Below are positions 27,275-40,800 of a DNA stretch of 64,000 bases, in pieces (position 1 is the first letter of the stretch; each line of letters opens with the position of its first letter). A program made the position numbers and the translations under genes. Below the pieces are notes generated by a model. It was not told the DNA's origin. It worked only from the letters and a program-made list of their open reading frames with translations, and made no database searches. Source of the DNA: Ophelia neglecta (lineage: Eukaryota); contig OZ260667.1 of the NCBI GenBank assembly GCA_965285935.1, positions 16,368,001 through 16,432,000 on the forward strand. Direction: 5' to 3'.

Positions 27275-30200
27275 CTGCCACCAAAACAAAGATAAATGAA
27301 TGATGTGGGTTGCTAGCCTGGGTTAAGTTATACGTTAAAATAGGGGCCATCTGCAGAAAGTAGGGTTGTGATGTTATTTGCAGTTAACAGGTATTAACAA
27401 CATTTGACAGCTTTTAAAGTCGAAGTTTTTAATGTATTTTAAGTTGAAAATCCGCCAAGTTTTTAACAAAAATAGGCATTGTTCGCTTTTATATAGAGAT
27501 AAAAACACTAAATGTATGAATGTGATGAGCTGTATAAATCCAGCCCACGTCGTGAGTTATTCAGTCGATTTTTCTTTTCTACACAAGTTGTATCCAATAG
27601 TCCTGGGTATAAAAGAATGATATAACAGCACTCTTAACTTTCCATTTATATATATAGGCCTAACATGACATGTTCTTCATATCCAGGAAAAGTCGACTTA
27701 TGAGACATGTTTGCAGCGATTAGCAAGATCAACAAAAATCGGTAACCGAGACTGTTGTTATTGGTCTTGTTGTCCCCATGGACAGTCGGAGATTATTGTT
27801 CTGAATAAAATTCCTTCGTTCGACTCGAATCCCGAGTGATTTTCTTGGCCATGAATTGCTCGTCGAGAATAAGTAGGCTTTATTGTTACTTAAGCGGGTC
27901 TTATTGATATTAATGGTAGCCTATTTCCTAAATTTGATCGTCATAGGAATTAGTCTTTAAATTTAATGCCAGTCGCAAGAATATAATTACCAATCACATT
28001 CTTTAAATTTTATATTTTACTTTTAACCACATCTTGTAAACTGTTAGTAAGAGTCAAAGGTTTGTTTCTAAACCCTCCGCATTCCCATGGCTCAGTTCCT
28101 CGAGAACGAATGTTTCATAACCAGGCCTACGGATACATGGATACATGTATGCATGCATAGTGCCGACTGCAATACAATATATCATGTATATATACATTAG
28201 ACTGGTCTTTTTTATATTAATGTTGTATTAAGCAAAATGGCAAAGCACGTCGCACAAGACTTTGTCATTGAGGACTCAGGGTGAACATCGCAGTCACTAA
28301 TAATTCATGAAAGCCTTTTTGAAGCCCGAGTGCGACTGGAACAGGCGCGGCCTTGTTTTTATTGTAAAACCATATTTTACATCATAATTTCCTTCCCATG
28401 CACACATACAACTCACTTTCATTTTTATAACTGTTCACAATTCAAATTATACAAATTAGAATAGGCATTTCCACTTTTTACAAGAAACAAAAATGAGTAC
28501 AATTTACGATAGGGAAACATCCATACTCTTAACGAAATTGGACAAAAATACTGATTTCTTCTTTAAATGTCAGATATTCTCAGTTTAAATGAAGCATTCA
28601 ATGCTAGAAGCTGAAGAATTGAGCAAGTAAACCATCCGAGGGCGAGGAAATGGGGTTGTTGCAGCATGTTAGGTTACTTAATCTGGCAAATATTTCCAAC
28701 ATTTGGAAGCTGATCATTCCCTTCCAATGAATAAAGATTTAGAGCTAGTGTCGGATCAATATAACGAGCAGTACACGGCTCAGTAACTGCCTGTTACTGG
28801 CAGTATATATACAAGGCTATGCAGTTTATTGAGCATGCGAGACTTATCGTTACCGAAAGACGTACGACCCTCTATAGCTCTGCGGATGGCGATAAATGTA
28901 CAAAACCTGTATTATACTTCCCTGATGTTGAGGTGCGTTTTTGATGGGCCATAACAAAAGGAGGGGTAGAAAACGTAAACATCATTTGTAATAATGCGTT
29001 TTATAATCTGTTTTGTCCATTATTAGAAAATAACATTATTTAATATGGTATGCACACGTTTGTTATATTTATCGTAAGAACTGTGTTCGATCATCAGTGC
29101 ATCGGGCCTTATGTATATATGATATAACAGTCACCATCTCTTTAAGATTGGGCTAATTTTCGCCATCTGCCCGGCGGTAAATAAACAACAGTTTTGTGAT
29201 AATCCTCATTAGGCCGGCTGACTTGCAGCATTATTCCACAGGCTGTTGCTGGCATAATATCTGACCCATACCAAGGTCTTTTTTTCTCATTAACAACAGT
29301 ATTGCGACTATAAATCATTTATCTTTTCCTGACAAAATTAGCCCCATTTCCGCAATACTTTATCCACTGCAGCAGATCTTGTGGCACTCGGTGAGTGTAT
29401 AGGGGCAGTGATTGCTTGAAGAAAAGCGCATCTTTGAATTGCATATATGGGTTGAATGTAGCATAAGGAAATATTATATGCTTCGATATGATCAATCAAA
29501 GCTCGACCAGGAGAAATCTATTTAATGATTATATTGCATTTCGTATCATTTGATATCAGGCCATTGTTTTGATTAACATGACACATTTTAGCGACCAAAT
29601 TTATGTCAATTGATGGTTGTGTTGCACGCCTATTCAACCCATGACTGTGATTATCAAATCTTGACTGGGATACCACAGACGCTAAGTCCAAAGTGTGACG
29701 TCACCTCCCTGCCCTGTACTGTAAACTTTAACGAAAATTTCGCTCCTTTTCAAAAATCTTCATTGAAATATATGCCGATCTATATCTATGCTCTATGTTA
29801 ATTTGGCCCTTATTTAATAGATATGAAATTACTTTAACAAACCATTGAACTGACCTGATAATAGCGGTTCAAAGTGAGCTGATAGATGTATATATATGAA
29901 TGTATCCTTTTCACACGAAATTGGACATATTTTGAATTTTTCCTCTGCATGGATGATATTTATAAAAGGCCCATGCTTACGGCGGTATCATTATTTTCTA
30001 CCCACAGAGATCTGCTGAATTCAGCATATGAGCAAGTGTGGCATCACTGTTCAAGGACATATAGGCCTACGATATTTTGTTACAAGCTGACCTTTAAAAG
30101 AATTTATTTACCTCTTGATATAATATTGCTTTTATGCCGAGTATCCACTCCAGTTAAAACAAATTGCCACTGCATCTGAATATCACCATTAACTCAAATG

Positions 30201-30437
30201 TTGATCGATTGCCAATACAAAGGGTTATAACGCATACCTTAGATAGAAACAATATCACCAGTAACCTCAGATACATGAAGATACTATAAGTTATCAAATT
30301 ATGTCATGTTGTAATGTGATTTTGATACCCGTTCTAAGGCGGCACGCTGCTTTAAAGCACTGCAAGCTTTAGTTTTCTAATTACGCGGATCACATTCTAA
30401 AGGTAGAATGATTAAATAGCCTCGTTCTATTGCAATC

Positions 30438-30622
30438 AGGTGAGTCATGAAGTTATCAATGCTAATATATCATGCTAGTCGGAAGTCGGAAACAAGATGT
30501 CGGGTGAATTTGGCCATGTTTGATTGGCTTTTTTATAACCAAAACACAAATGGCTGGATACTAAATCGGCGATGACATCTTCTTTGTCGGGCGGAATTGA
30601 ATATCAAGCCGCCATATTGCAA
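30438..30622. promoter_or_regulatory. Promoter-like motif cluster between the divergent genes
   Basis: TGAGTCA (AP-1), CGGAAGT and CGGAAA (ETS), ATTGG (CCAAT), GGGCGG, GCCGCCATATTG (YY1-like) within 180 bp. Confidence 0.35.
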
Positions 30623-33600
30623 CACTGAGACATTTACTTATATGACTGCCCTAAGCTCGATGCAAGCGAATTAATATGAATCTTTACGTACTGCATTATA
30701 AGCTGTTGTCAGGTGGCTTTTTGCAAATAAGGACATACCTGAGATGATGCACCTGAGAAAAGCCAGGGATTGCACCATTTCTGGGATGGCACAAGTGGGT
30801 TCGTGTAAGAGTGCATCTTATGCAGCCAGTTAGTGTGCTGTTCAGATATATAAGTGGGTGAAACACAAAGCTAGTCATTATCACTGTGTGAGATGGTATT
30901 TTCTTCTTTTTTTATTTGCATCACAAGTACATTTTCTGTTTGGGAGCTGGGAAATGAGGTATGTTGGCCTGTGGCTGGTGGTTCCTGTCGGTTTCGGACA
31001 GATTTTATTCTTGAGTAATGATTTAGCTTTTTCTGCCCGGTATCCACTACCATTTCAAAAAAAGCAGGTTTTGTATTTCACAATACATGTGTACCCCCCC
31101 CCCCCCCCACCTCATATATATATATGTAGCAAGACAAAACGCAAACCCTGCGTACCTTTGGTTCTATGTAACCAGTGAACGTGTGGAGGCTATTTGGCAA
31201 AAATAGTAAAAAGTCCATCCTTGGGGTTTATGAAAATGTTACGGAATTATTTCTATTATTTTACTTTTGACAGCAGATTCATAGACGCATTGTAAGATAT
31301 TCTTCAAATGTTTTACTCTTCATCTTGTTACGAGCATATCAATTTAATCATATTATTGAACGTTTAGCCTTCGATAATGACTGCACCTTTTTACTATATT
31401 AGGGACTCCAAAAGAGTACGATACACGTTTATCACACAGAGTATGATATACGTTCCGTATGATGAATTGAGAATCACCTTTAATTGAAAAGTTGCCATAG
31501 TTTAAATCTATAATACTCTAACCCAGCTTTTTTCTCGTTTCGTGCTTTGATATCGTGCCGGGCGAGGATCAGTGACCGGGAACCCGCGGAGGATGAGAAT
31601 AAAGCTACTATTGACTAGGGGGGCAAAAAGGCAGTTGCCAGTAAAATAATACTTGTTTCAGGTGAGGGAACTGAAGTATAAGCGAAACCTGCATTTCCAA
31701 TTTCAGTGACAGAGATCAGAAGGAAAATGGATTAGGCTAATTTTCCATGATTCAATGTTCCATGATTCTCATGTTTACGAGCGTTATACAGGAAAGCTAT
31801 ATATACATAAAAACACAAATGATAACACTTCAGTAACTTGTTGCCGACATTAGAAATAAGCCAGGCATACATGTATGTATACATTACATCAAAGTTATCT
31901 CCAATAACTGCCTCGTAGATTTTAGTGAGCGTGTAGGACATATGACCAGCATATTTACGAGAAGGCATTAGGGCATTTATTGATAAATAACTGCGATCAA
32001 ATATTTTAAATAAAATGTTCATGTTGAAGCAAAAGGCCGTTAACATAACTTCTGAAAGTTGGAAAAACCAGCCCAAGTCCATTGATGAATCTAGATCGGT
32101 TGAGATATGCGACAATGGAGGGGATTCTGATTAAGAAATTAACTATGTTCAAAAACCAATTCCAGGATAGGAAAAATTAAAGAACAGTAGACAGGAAGAG
32201 ATGAAGACTTCTAAAATGTTCTCATACTTCTTGCAAGCAAAAGTATAATCCGATCAACTCTTTGCATGAATTAAAGCACCTGCAGTATTTAGGTGAACAA
32301 ACATGAATAGGCCTTTTGGAGCGTAGAGCGTCAGACTTAGGCAGATGTTACAAAAATAATACAGTTTTTATTGAAATGCGAGCTTCACCTAACACAGTAT
32401 CAACACACTACCTGGGGTGTTCGCAAACAATGCTTCCTGTAAGAACTGGTAGCTATGGCGTGTATAAGAATGTGGGGAAAAACGAATTCCTTTAACGAAG
32501 CAATATTTATTTCAAATCCATATTAAAATAATAACACCATATCAGCCATCACTGGAAAACACGCGTGACAGTGAAGTCTGTAGAGATATTCCCAAGTTGA
32601 AATGCCGACTTACAAGTAGATTAGCTTATCCGACAGTTCGACTATTGCTTCCTTAATGCTACTCTCAGGGTTGTTACTACTGCGCCTTGTCATTTTCTCT
32701 AAACAGTAGTTCCAATGGTAAGTTGTGTGTCAGTGGGAAGGTACAGACAACTGTTTGAAAATGTGATATCGCGTCAAAACTGTCTGGCCCCTGATTCAGT
32801 AAAATAAACAGTACACAGTTTTAATTAATCTGACGTCCCTGATGATTTCGGACCGCAGATTTAAAGGACTGTTATTACTTTTGCTTGTTCTCTCGTGTTT
32901 TAAAGGTACCTAGACATTTTTTTTTAATCCTGGCAACCCGCTAATGCTAGAAATAAGGAAGTGTGGGCCAATTGTTGTAGAAAAATAAGAAAGATAAGAA
33001 ATGCTAGTAAACATATACCTTATACAAACTCTCTTTTGGGAACAATTTAGTACAGCTAGACAAAAAACGGGAGTGGATATCCGGCAGACAGAGCAAAGTC
33101 ATTAGCCACAGAATACTACTTAATCAGTCCGAAATCATTAGAAACAGTGACCTGAAGGCCCGCAAATATCAATCCCGGGATTCCGAACTGTAAATAGCCA
33201 TCCATTGTAATGAATTTAACAGTTAAGAAAATAGAATTTATATCGTTTGCAATGGAATTGGCCACCAGTTTTCGACGGTGCGAGTGACAACACGAAACAA
33301 ACATAGTACACAGGAAAACTATATCATGTCTTCTGGATAGTGCAATAAAGTGTTAACTATGTAAGTGAACCAATCACCCTTTCCTGCGATTTAACCCATG
33401 CGTCTGCAACGTACGAAATAATATCAGTAGGCATAACTAGTAGATGTATATGGCCCCTAGCCCTGGGATTAGCGGATTAGACCTTTCAGGGCCATTGCAG
33501 TCTTATAATGTGCAGGTGATAAAACAATGTCAAATCTCTTTTAAGTCTAATGAAATTCTTTAAGGTTTCCACTTCAAGGCGGCTGTTATACTAAGACACA

Positions 33601-34792
33601 TTGGTTGAATATTAATCTCGGAATTTGGTTAATGCCCGTTTTACCTGCAGGAGTCATAACCCTTGAACAGTAATTTGGACATAGGGATTCTTGTGTTTTG
33701 AATTCGCACATTATCGTGCTTAGACTACAAGTCCCGAATAAGGCACCTCGATGGAATGGAAACGATAATATTGCATAATGATAAAGAACAAAACATATAT
33801 TCAAACTAGGACAACCAACAGCGCTGTCATTGGTCTCGTTAAGTACTTAATTTGGTGGCTCGTCAAGTATTTGCATTTAATGTCCTGCAAGTCCATAATC
33901 CGAGTTTTCCATTGAGATTGAGTAAACTACTTTGATCTAAGGGCCTGGGAGCTGATACCACACATTGCCCTTTTAGAAGCCTATTTCGATGCCCACCCAT
34001 CTCATCGATTTAGACAGCCAAACTCCCCACGATTTCTATCACAATGGTACTATTATGAAGGAAAAATTGTTAACATATATAATTACCATTTATCATAATA
34101 AAAATACATATACATATATAGTGTTCATTGTGCTAACAAACGTTTAATCCCCGTAACAGAACAATCATGGATCAGTAAAACAAAGCGTTTAATCTGTGAT
34201 AGATTAGACTAGCCTTAACTGAAAGATAGGAATTTGGTTAAGTCACACATTGAAAGATTTGGGAAAGAAGATTTAAAATGAAGGTTAAACGTAAGTAATG
34301 GTCTTATATATAAAACAGATTGGTTCACAATGTTGCAGAATTCAATTACAAACTACTCCATCATTTCTCCTGAGCTGAAATATACTTTTCAAATGGAAAA
34401 TAATTGATAATGAAAGTCGCCTACTATGTGGAAGACTCGCCCCATGACGTAATAATGCCATTAAACACGTTAAACATCCTGCTAAAGCACGAAATCGATT
34501 TCGCGGGCCGAGTCATGGTAGCGGGCTGCCACCTTTACACAGATGACACAAGGCCAGGTCACAATCGAACCAACTTCCACGGAAGACACGTACATTTCTA
34601 ACCGTTATGGAGAAGACTCCATATCCATTAGTGAAATTACAGTATTTATTATTTGATGTTTGACTTTTGCCTTTTGCCTTGACGGACAGTTTTGTCATTG
34701 ATTTGGAATCACATTTTGATAAAACGAATTTAGTTTTGATAAGGGTTAAGGCAGATAGACTTTGTATTTCGTACGTTGTGACTACCAAAATA

Positions 34793-34859
34793 ATGGAGTT
34801 TGGCGGTCATCGATTGATCAGTTTGGGATTCCTGTGGTGTTTCATACTCGTTTCCTTTG
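34793..34859 (+). CDS. Gene A exon 1, signal peptide [22 protein letters not shown]
   Basis: ATG in ataATGG context, hydrophobic core, phase-1 donor G|GTAAGC matching the next exon. Confidence 0.65.
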
Positions 34860-37800
34860 GTAAGCCTAAAATTGTTTAATAGTTTTCTCCATATGGAAAT
34901 AAGTTTATAACGCTAACATATATAAAATAATTTGTCATCATTACTAAATACTTTTCGAGCAAGCGATATACCGTTTGCCGTTTCTCCGGCAGTCATTTTG
35001 TACAAATGATTGAGAGGGACAACAGACACTTTGAATGTGTACCTTCTATTCACTTATCTGCCAAATAATAAACGTTTTAAAAGTATTTCTTAAGTTGTTT
35101 GCATGTAAGCCTGCGTCTTACGGGTGTAACATCGATAGGCCTACTTCATATTCGTAAAACATTATAAAAACACTACAAAAAGTCTTATATATCACACCAG
35201 TCAAATATGAACAGATTGAACTTTTTTAAAAAAAACTCCTTTTCACTTTTTACATGAAAGAACTTTATAGCTTGCCAACCCGGTCCAATGATAACTCAAG
35301 TTTGATTATTATATAAACAGATTTATTAAAAAGATAGCCCCGGCAAAACACTGGACAATATTCTAACCACAAATAATAATTATAGCGTTTTGACAAAGGA
35401 TTTGATATTTGCGTTTATATTCCAACACGGTCTACATGCAGCTATCTGCTCGCCTAACGTGCAACATTACGGGAATATTGCTTCACTAACCATGGCATCT
35501 CATCCCAAGTAAAAAAACATGTAATTAGTGCGTTTATTTTATAAGTACATATGTATTCCACTTTCTTCAAACCCAACGACTTGTTTCCGATTAATGAGGT
35601 TAAGCTGACTAAAGATATTTATCATTATTATTATCATAATTATTTTTATCTATAAGCACACAATTTTCGTTTTGTTTCCACCTCGGACAACCACAGCCAT
35701 TAAATGTATATGCCTAATTAATAACCTGTCATACTTGCGATCACACATCCATTGGATTCCCTGGGCGAAGCACATGAGGGAGCTAGTGAAATAAATTACA
35801 GTGGGATATATTTATACAAGAGCGCCAGGCACTGTCTCAGGCACGGCTTTGGTAACCTGCAGCAAAGCAGAAAACCCTTCCTTTGTTTTAAACAAACTAA
35901 AGGTGGATGTTCCACGTTTAAAGGAATTTCTAGTTGTCCTTTTCATCGCATGCGTTAGCCTGTAATCTAATGATACCTCCCCTCCCCCCCCCCCCCCCCC
36001 CCATCAACGCTTAACGACACTTTTAGTACCATTTTGTTGTTGGTTGAGGAATTCTTTAGGGAAAGGGGATAGGGGATATTTAACTATAAGTGCATCTTAA
36101 AAGGTATTGGGCACACTAAGTGGTATAATTGATTCTACATGTACGGGAAAACACTTCATAATTGATTCATGTTTTATACAGTGTTGTCGATGTTTTGGAA
36201 AATACCAAACTATACAAATGGGCAAGGCACACAAAAAACTAGATTTTTCCAGTGAAGAGCTTTCGAGAAAAGTGTTTCGATCGCCAGTGGTAGTTGACTG
36301 TATTTGATCTACCCACGTGCATACGTGTGTATTGTGTGCTGTGTACTTTTGACATAGATATACAGAAATCAGAAAGAAAGAAATTATATAGATCGATGAC
36401 TGTTGTCGTCTGCTCAAGCAAGACCATTACCATTTGATGGTACAGCGCTGTGAAACCGCCCTTTATGGATTTGTGTCGGACAAGGATTTGTTTCTTCCCG
36501 CCGTGTCCTAGTAGCAAAGTAAATAATCAAATGTATTGGCAGCAAAGAGCACATAAATAGGCTAACATTATCTAAATTGCTCAGTGTTGATACAAGATTT
36601 CAAAGTATACATATTTAACGCATAATTATATTTCGCGACAAAACAGCCTCGCGACAGACCTACCTACATGATTTTAGATTTAGAACGGACAAAAATATAG
36701 AGCATTCAATGTTTTCAATTATTGAACTTTCTAATTTCTACTCCCCCGTTCCTAAGTTAGTCCGAAGAATAAAGAGCCAGCCGATAATCTAATTTGTCTG
36801 ATCATAGGATGTTAACAGCTTATAGGAGAAACAGGACAGGATGTGACTTTTCGGCGGAGTGGAGTTGACGCTCTGTGTGCAGATCAATTTATTTATTATC
36901 TTATCAAACCCCATTCTGCTGGGTACACACCTTCAACTCAATCACAAACCCTCCATCCACAGGCTTAAAATATGAAGTATAGCAAACGTGCAATGTAAAT
37001 CAGCCGAACCCACATTTTGCTGTGACTATTAAAGGAATTGCTGTGATCGATATGATTAAATTGATGCACATAGTACACACATGCATAATTAATATGCAAC
37101 AAAGATCTATATATCTGGATCTATATATCTGGTACCTTATCACAGTCTACCTCTTCGTAACGACATTCACGCGATCATGAATATTAAACATGCTCGGTTA
37201 CAAAAAAATTAAATTTGTTCAGCGCGCTTTTGAATTATTTGTTAGTAACAGTTGTTCGCTGGCGACTCTAAGGTTCGTATTGTTTGACTACCAGTGCAAG
37301 CCTATTTCATATGTTCTCCCGCAATACGAGTCTAGTGTTTGACTCTCCTTAGGCAAATTTCATCGTGGTCTCACGTCGAACACTGATAAGTTAGTTTTGT
37401 GATCTTACAACATCAACAATTGTAGACTACTTCTCTAAGCAAGTGATATCAAATGTGATATGTTTATTGCCAATTCCGTAATAAGATAATTTTCAGTTAG
37501 GCATATTTTGCTAACATTAGCCGATGGTTCCTAGTGAAACGACCGTAGTAATTGGCAGTTTATATCAAAATTATATTAAAAGAGTATAAACATTAAAATA
37601 AGACTTAAAAGTGACATTTTTCACTAAACATAATATCGCCATTCCACTTCTGATCATTATATTTTGATTCTGTTATCGGTGATTGTCTGTACATTTATCT
37701 TTCTTTGCAACAAAATTGAATGTCTGGTGGTAGTTGCAGACTTCATTTCTTAATTTTGATAAACTGGGATTTTCCAAAAGAACCGAATGACTGTAAAACT

Positions 37801-40800
37801 GAATGCGACTGGTGTTAATGGGCCTGCAGTTGATGGTTTCCAGAGTTTAGTTTATCTTTCAACGAGTCGCCCCATCCCCCTTACTCCCTTTCCTGCGGGA
37901 ATCACATGAACAGGACTTTCTGCCGATCTATAAACTGCATTGATCTATTTTGATAATAATTAACCAAACAGATCAACACATTGTCTTCCCTTTGCACAGA
38001 ATTGTGCAACGATTTCTGGTCGTATAGATTGCAGCAGATATGAAGAGAGGGATCTTTGTTTATAGTTTGCCGACTTCCATCCAAAAAAATCTGCTTTGTG
38101 GTAATCTTTTTTCCTGATTGGTCGATTCAAGTAATTTGGCGGTAAACACTGTCAGTGGTAGATGGTCTCGGCGTTTTACAAAGATGAAGCAAGTTTCATT
38201 TAGCTGCGCATGCAAAATTGATAAAATACTAAAGTGTCACTGGTAGACGGTCTCGGTGTTTCAGAAAGTTTTAACAAATATCAATTTAGCTGCGCATGCA
38301 AAATTTGATGAACATTAAATGGAAACGTTTACAGTAATAGGTTTACCACGACATCCCTGTAACTTAACACATATCAATTATAAAACAACAAGTACAAACG
38401 AATACATTTGTTTTAAAATTAATTTTCACAGTTTAGCATTGACTAATTGCATGATTTTACCAAATGTGTATTCAATATTCTTAGATTGCAATAGAATGTT
38501 AAAACTATTATACTATTCGATTACAGTTAGTGACACATTCCAAGAAGAGTACTGAGTAATACGTATCATGATTATGCATTTTGACCATATATCTATACGT
38601 ACACGAAATGGGCATTCGTACAAAGTATTTTTACCACTTTTCCCGATAGTTTCTGGCTCGTGCGACCTGACTACAGAGTTTAACTGTACTAACACTAACT
38701 GCGTTCTCCTGGACAAGGTCGACAACTCGGTAAACGACTGTGGGGACAACAGCGACGAAGGTTAGTTAGAAACAACATCAGATACGTGTAGTAGATATCA
38801 GATACGTTAAAAACAGAGCTTCGCTGTTTTTAAAACAATAATTTTTGCAGAGCAAGAAAAATAAAGACACAAGTGTCCCTCGCTCTGTCTAAGATGTTTG
38901 TGTTAAATTATATGACATACCTTTTTCAGCCAGTCACAGGTGTCCGGTGACGACGGATTCCTTCGGTAACACGTTTGATAATTGGCATTGTCTTGACGGT
39001 ACATGTGTGCCCATCATTGTGGGGGTGTTCCCAATACTGGACGGGCAGGCGCAATGCTCAGATAAGTCGGACGAACGTGAGAACAATATCATAGATATTT
39101 ATAAAAGATAATCTAATTTTTCCATCAGTACATGTGCCCAAGCAGGTTCTTTACTATGATCTTTAAACACTGTTTATGTTACAATCGCATGTTACTCTAG
39201 GTAAGATAATCGGCTTATCATGTGCGCGAGTGAACGACGTGTTTCTGCCTAATAACCACTGTAACGACTGGGTGGTGGATTCCGAGTGTCGAGGGATAGG
39301 AGCCTCGCAGATCTGCTACTGTCTGTGGGGGTGGTACCCCAACGCCCTAGGAACCAACTGCACCCGAAGTACGGAGTTAAACTTGAAAAAGGCATTTCAG
39401 TTCAATTACTGGCATAGCAATTTAAAGATCACATTAACTGCGAAATGAGTTTCACATCTATTTAGTGAGAGATATTCTGTATTTTGAAATATTGAAAGAA
39501 AGTCAAGACTGCCGATAACCAAAGATATAATATGTTATGTTATGAAATGGTGTGATATAATTGGGGGTGATTATTGCAGGAATGCTGGGAGATTCATGCC
39601 CGGACACTGCCGAGGACAGAGACTGCTCGGGGTCGGTGCCCGACTCTGAATGTAGGGGCTCTCCATTTGAATGTCTCTGTCGCTATGGCTGGTACCAACT
39701 CAACTATACAACCTGTGTCAAACGTAAGCCCGAAGCATATGCTCATTCGATTTTAATATCCCATTGTTCTATATCAATTATGTAATATTATCTAATATTT
39801 AAAACTTCGTTTGGCTTTCTGTCATTAATTTCCTCGCCATACGATATTAATTAGGCGTAACATAAAAAAAACACGTTTATATTTCAAGGTAAGCTTCACG
39901 ACGGTTGCGCAAACGACATAGATTGTTCCGCAGCTATGGCTGGTAGTAACTGTACCGGAAGTCAGTGTGTATGCAATTCAGGATTTATGGAAGTCGGGCT
40001 TTCCACGTGTTCTCAACGTAAAAATTAACATAAAAGCATCCAACATATTCAAATTGGCATTACCTAAAGTGATGATTACTTGTCATTGTTTTTGTTTTGA
40101 TTTCCTTCAAAGGATTTGATAGATACGTAAGGATTATTTAGATTATACAGATATAAAAAGACCATCATTTTATAAAAAGAAGAATATTTCCTTTTTACTA
40201 GGCGTTATTGGGGACCCCTGTGTGTTAGAAACGGACTGTAGTCACGCCATAAACAACAGTAACTGTGGTAGTGGAGTCTGCGTCTGTGACCTTTGGTATT
40301 TCGCTACCCAAGAAAACACATCTTGTGTCCTTAAACAGATAGGTGACAGTTGTATTACGGACGAGCAGTGTGCCTTCGGGGTGGCCAACAGTACTTGTAA
40401 CAGTGGCTCGTGTGGCTGTGAATCCGGATTTCACAGTCACCCATCTACTCTCAAGGAATGCACTTTGCGGAAAATAGGTGACACCACCTGCAGCCTGGAC
40501 AACGACTGTAGTGACGCTGTTGCTCACAGCAATTGTACTTCCGGTGTATGTGTATGTGAGCCAGGCTACATGGCAACAGATAACAGTACAGTTTGTTCGT
40601 TGAGACGTATATCTGATACATGCTCATCTTTAACGGACTGTTCCCTGGCCATAAACTCCAGTGATTGCAATTCCGGTGTCTGTCAATGCATTTCCGGTTA
40701 CGCGTCATCGGCAGACCTCACGGAATGCATCAAACGCAAGATCGGCGATACCACTTGTAGTATGGCTAGCGACTGTTACGACGCAGTTTCTCATAGCAAC

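Noticed and set aside
32656-32722. Alternative signal-peptide exon (MLLSGLLLLRLVIFSKQ)
   Set aside because: In-frame TAG before the GTAAGT donor.
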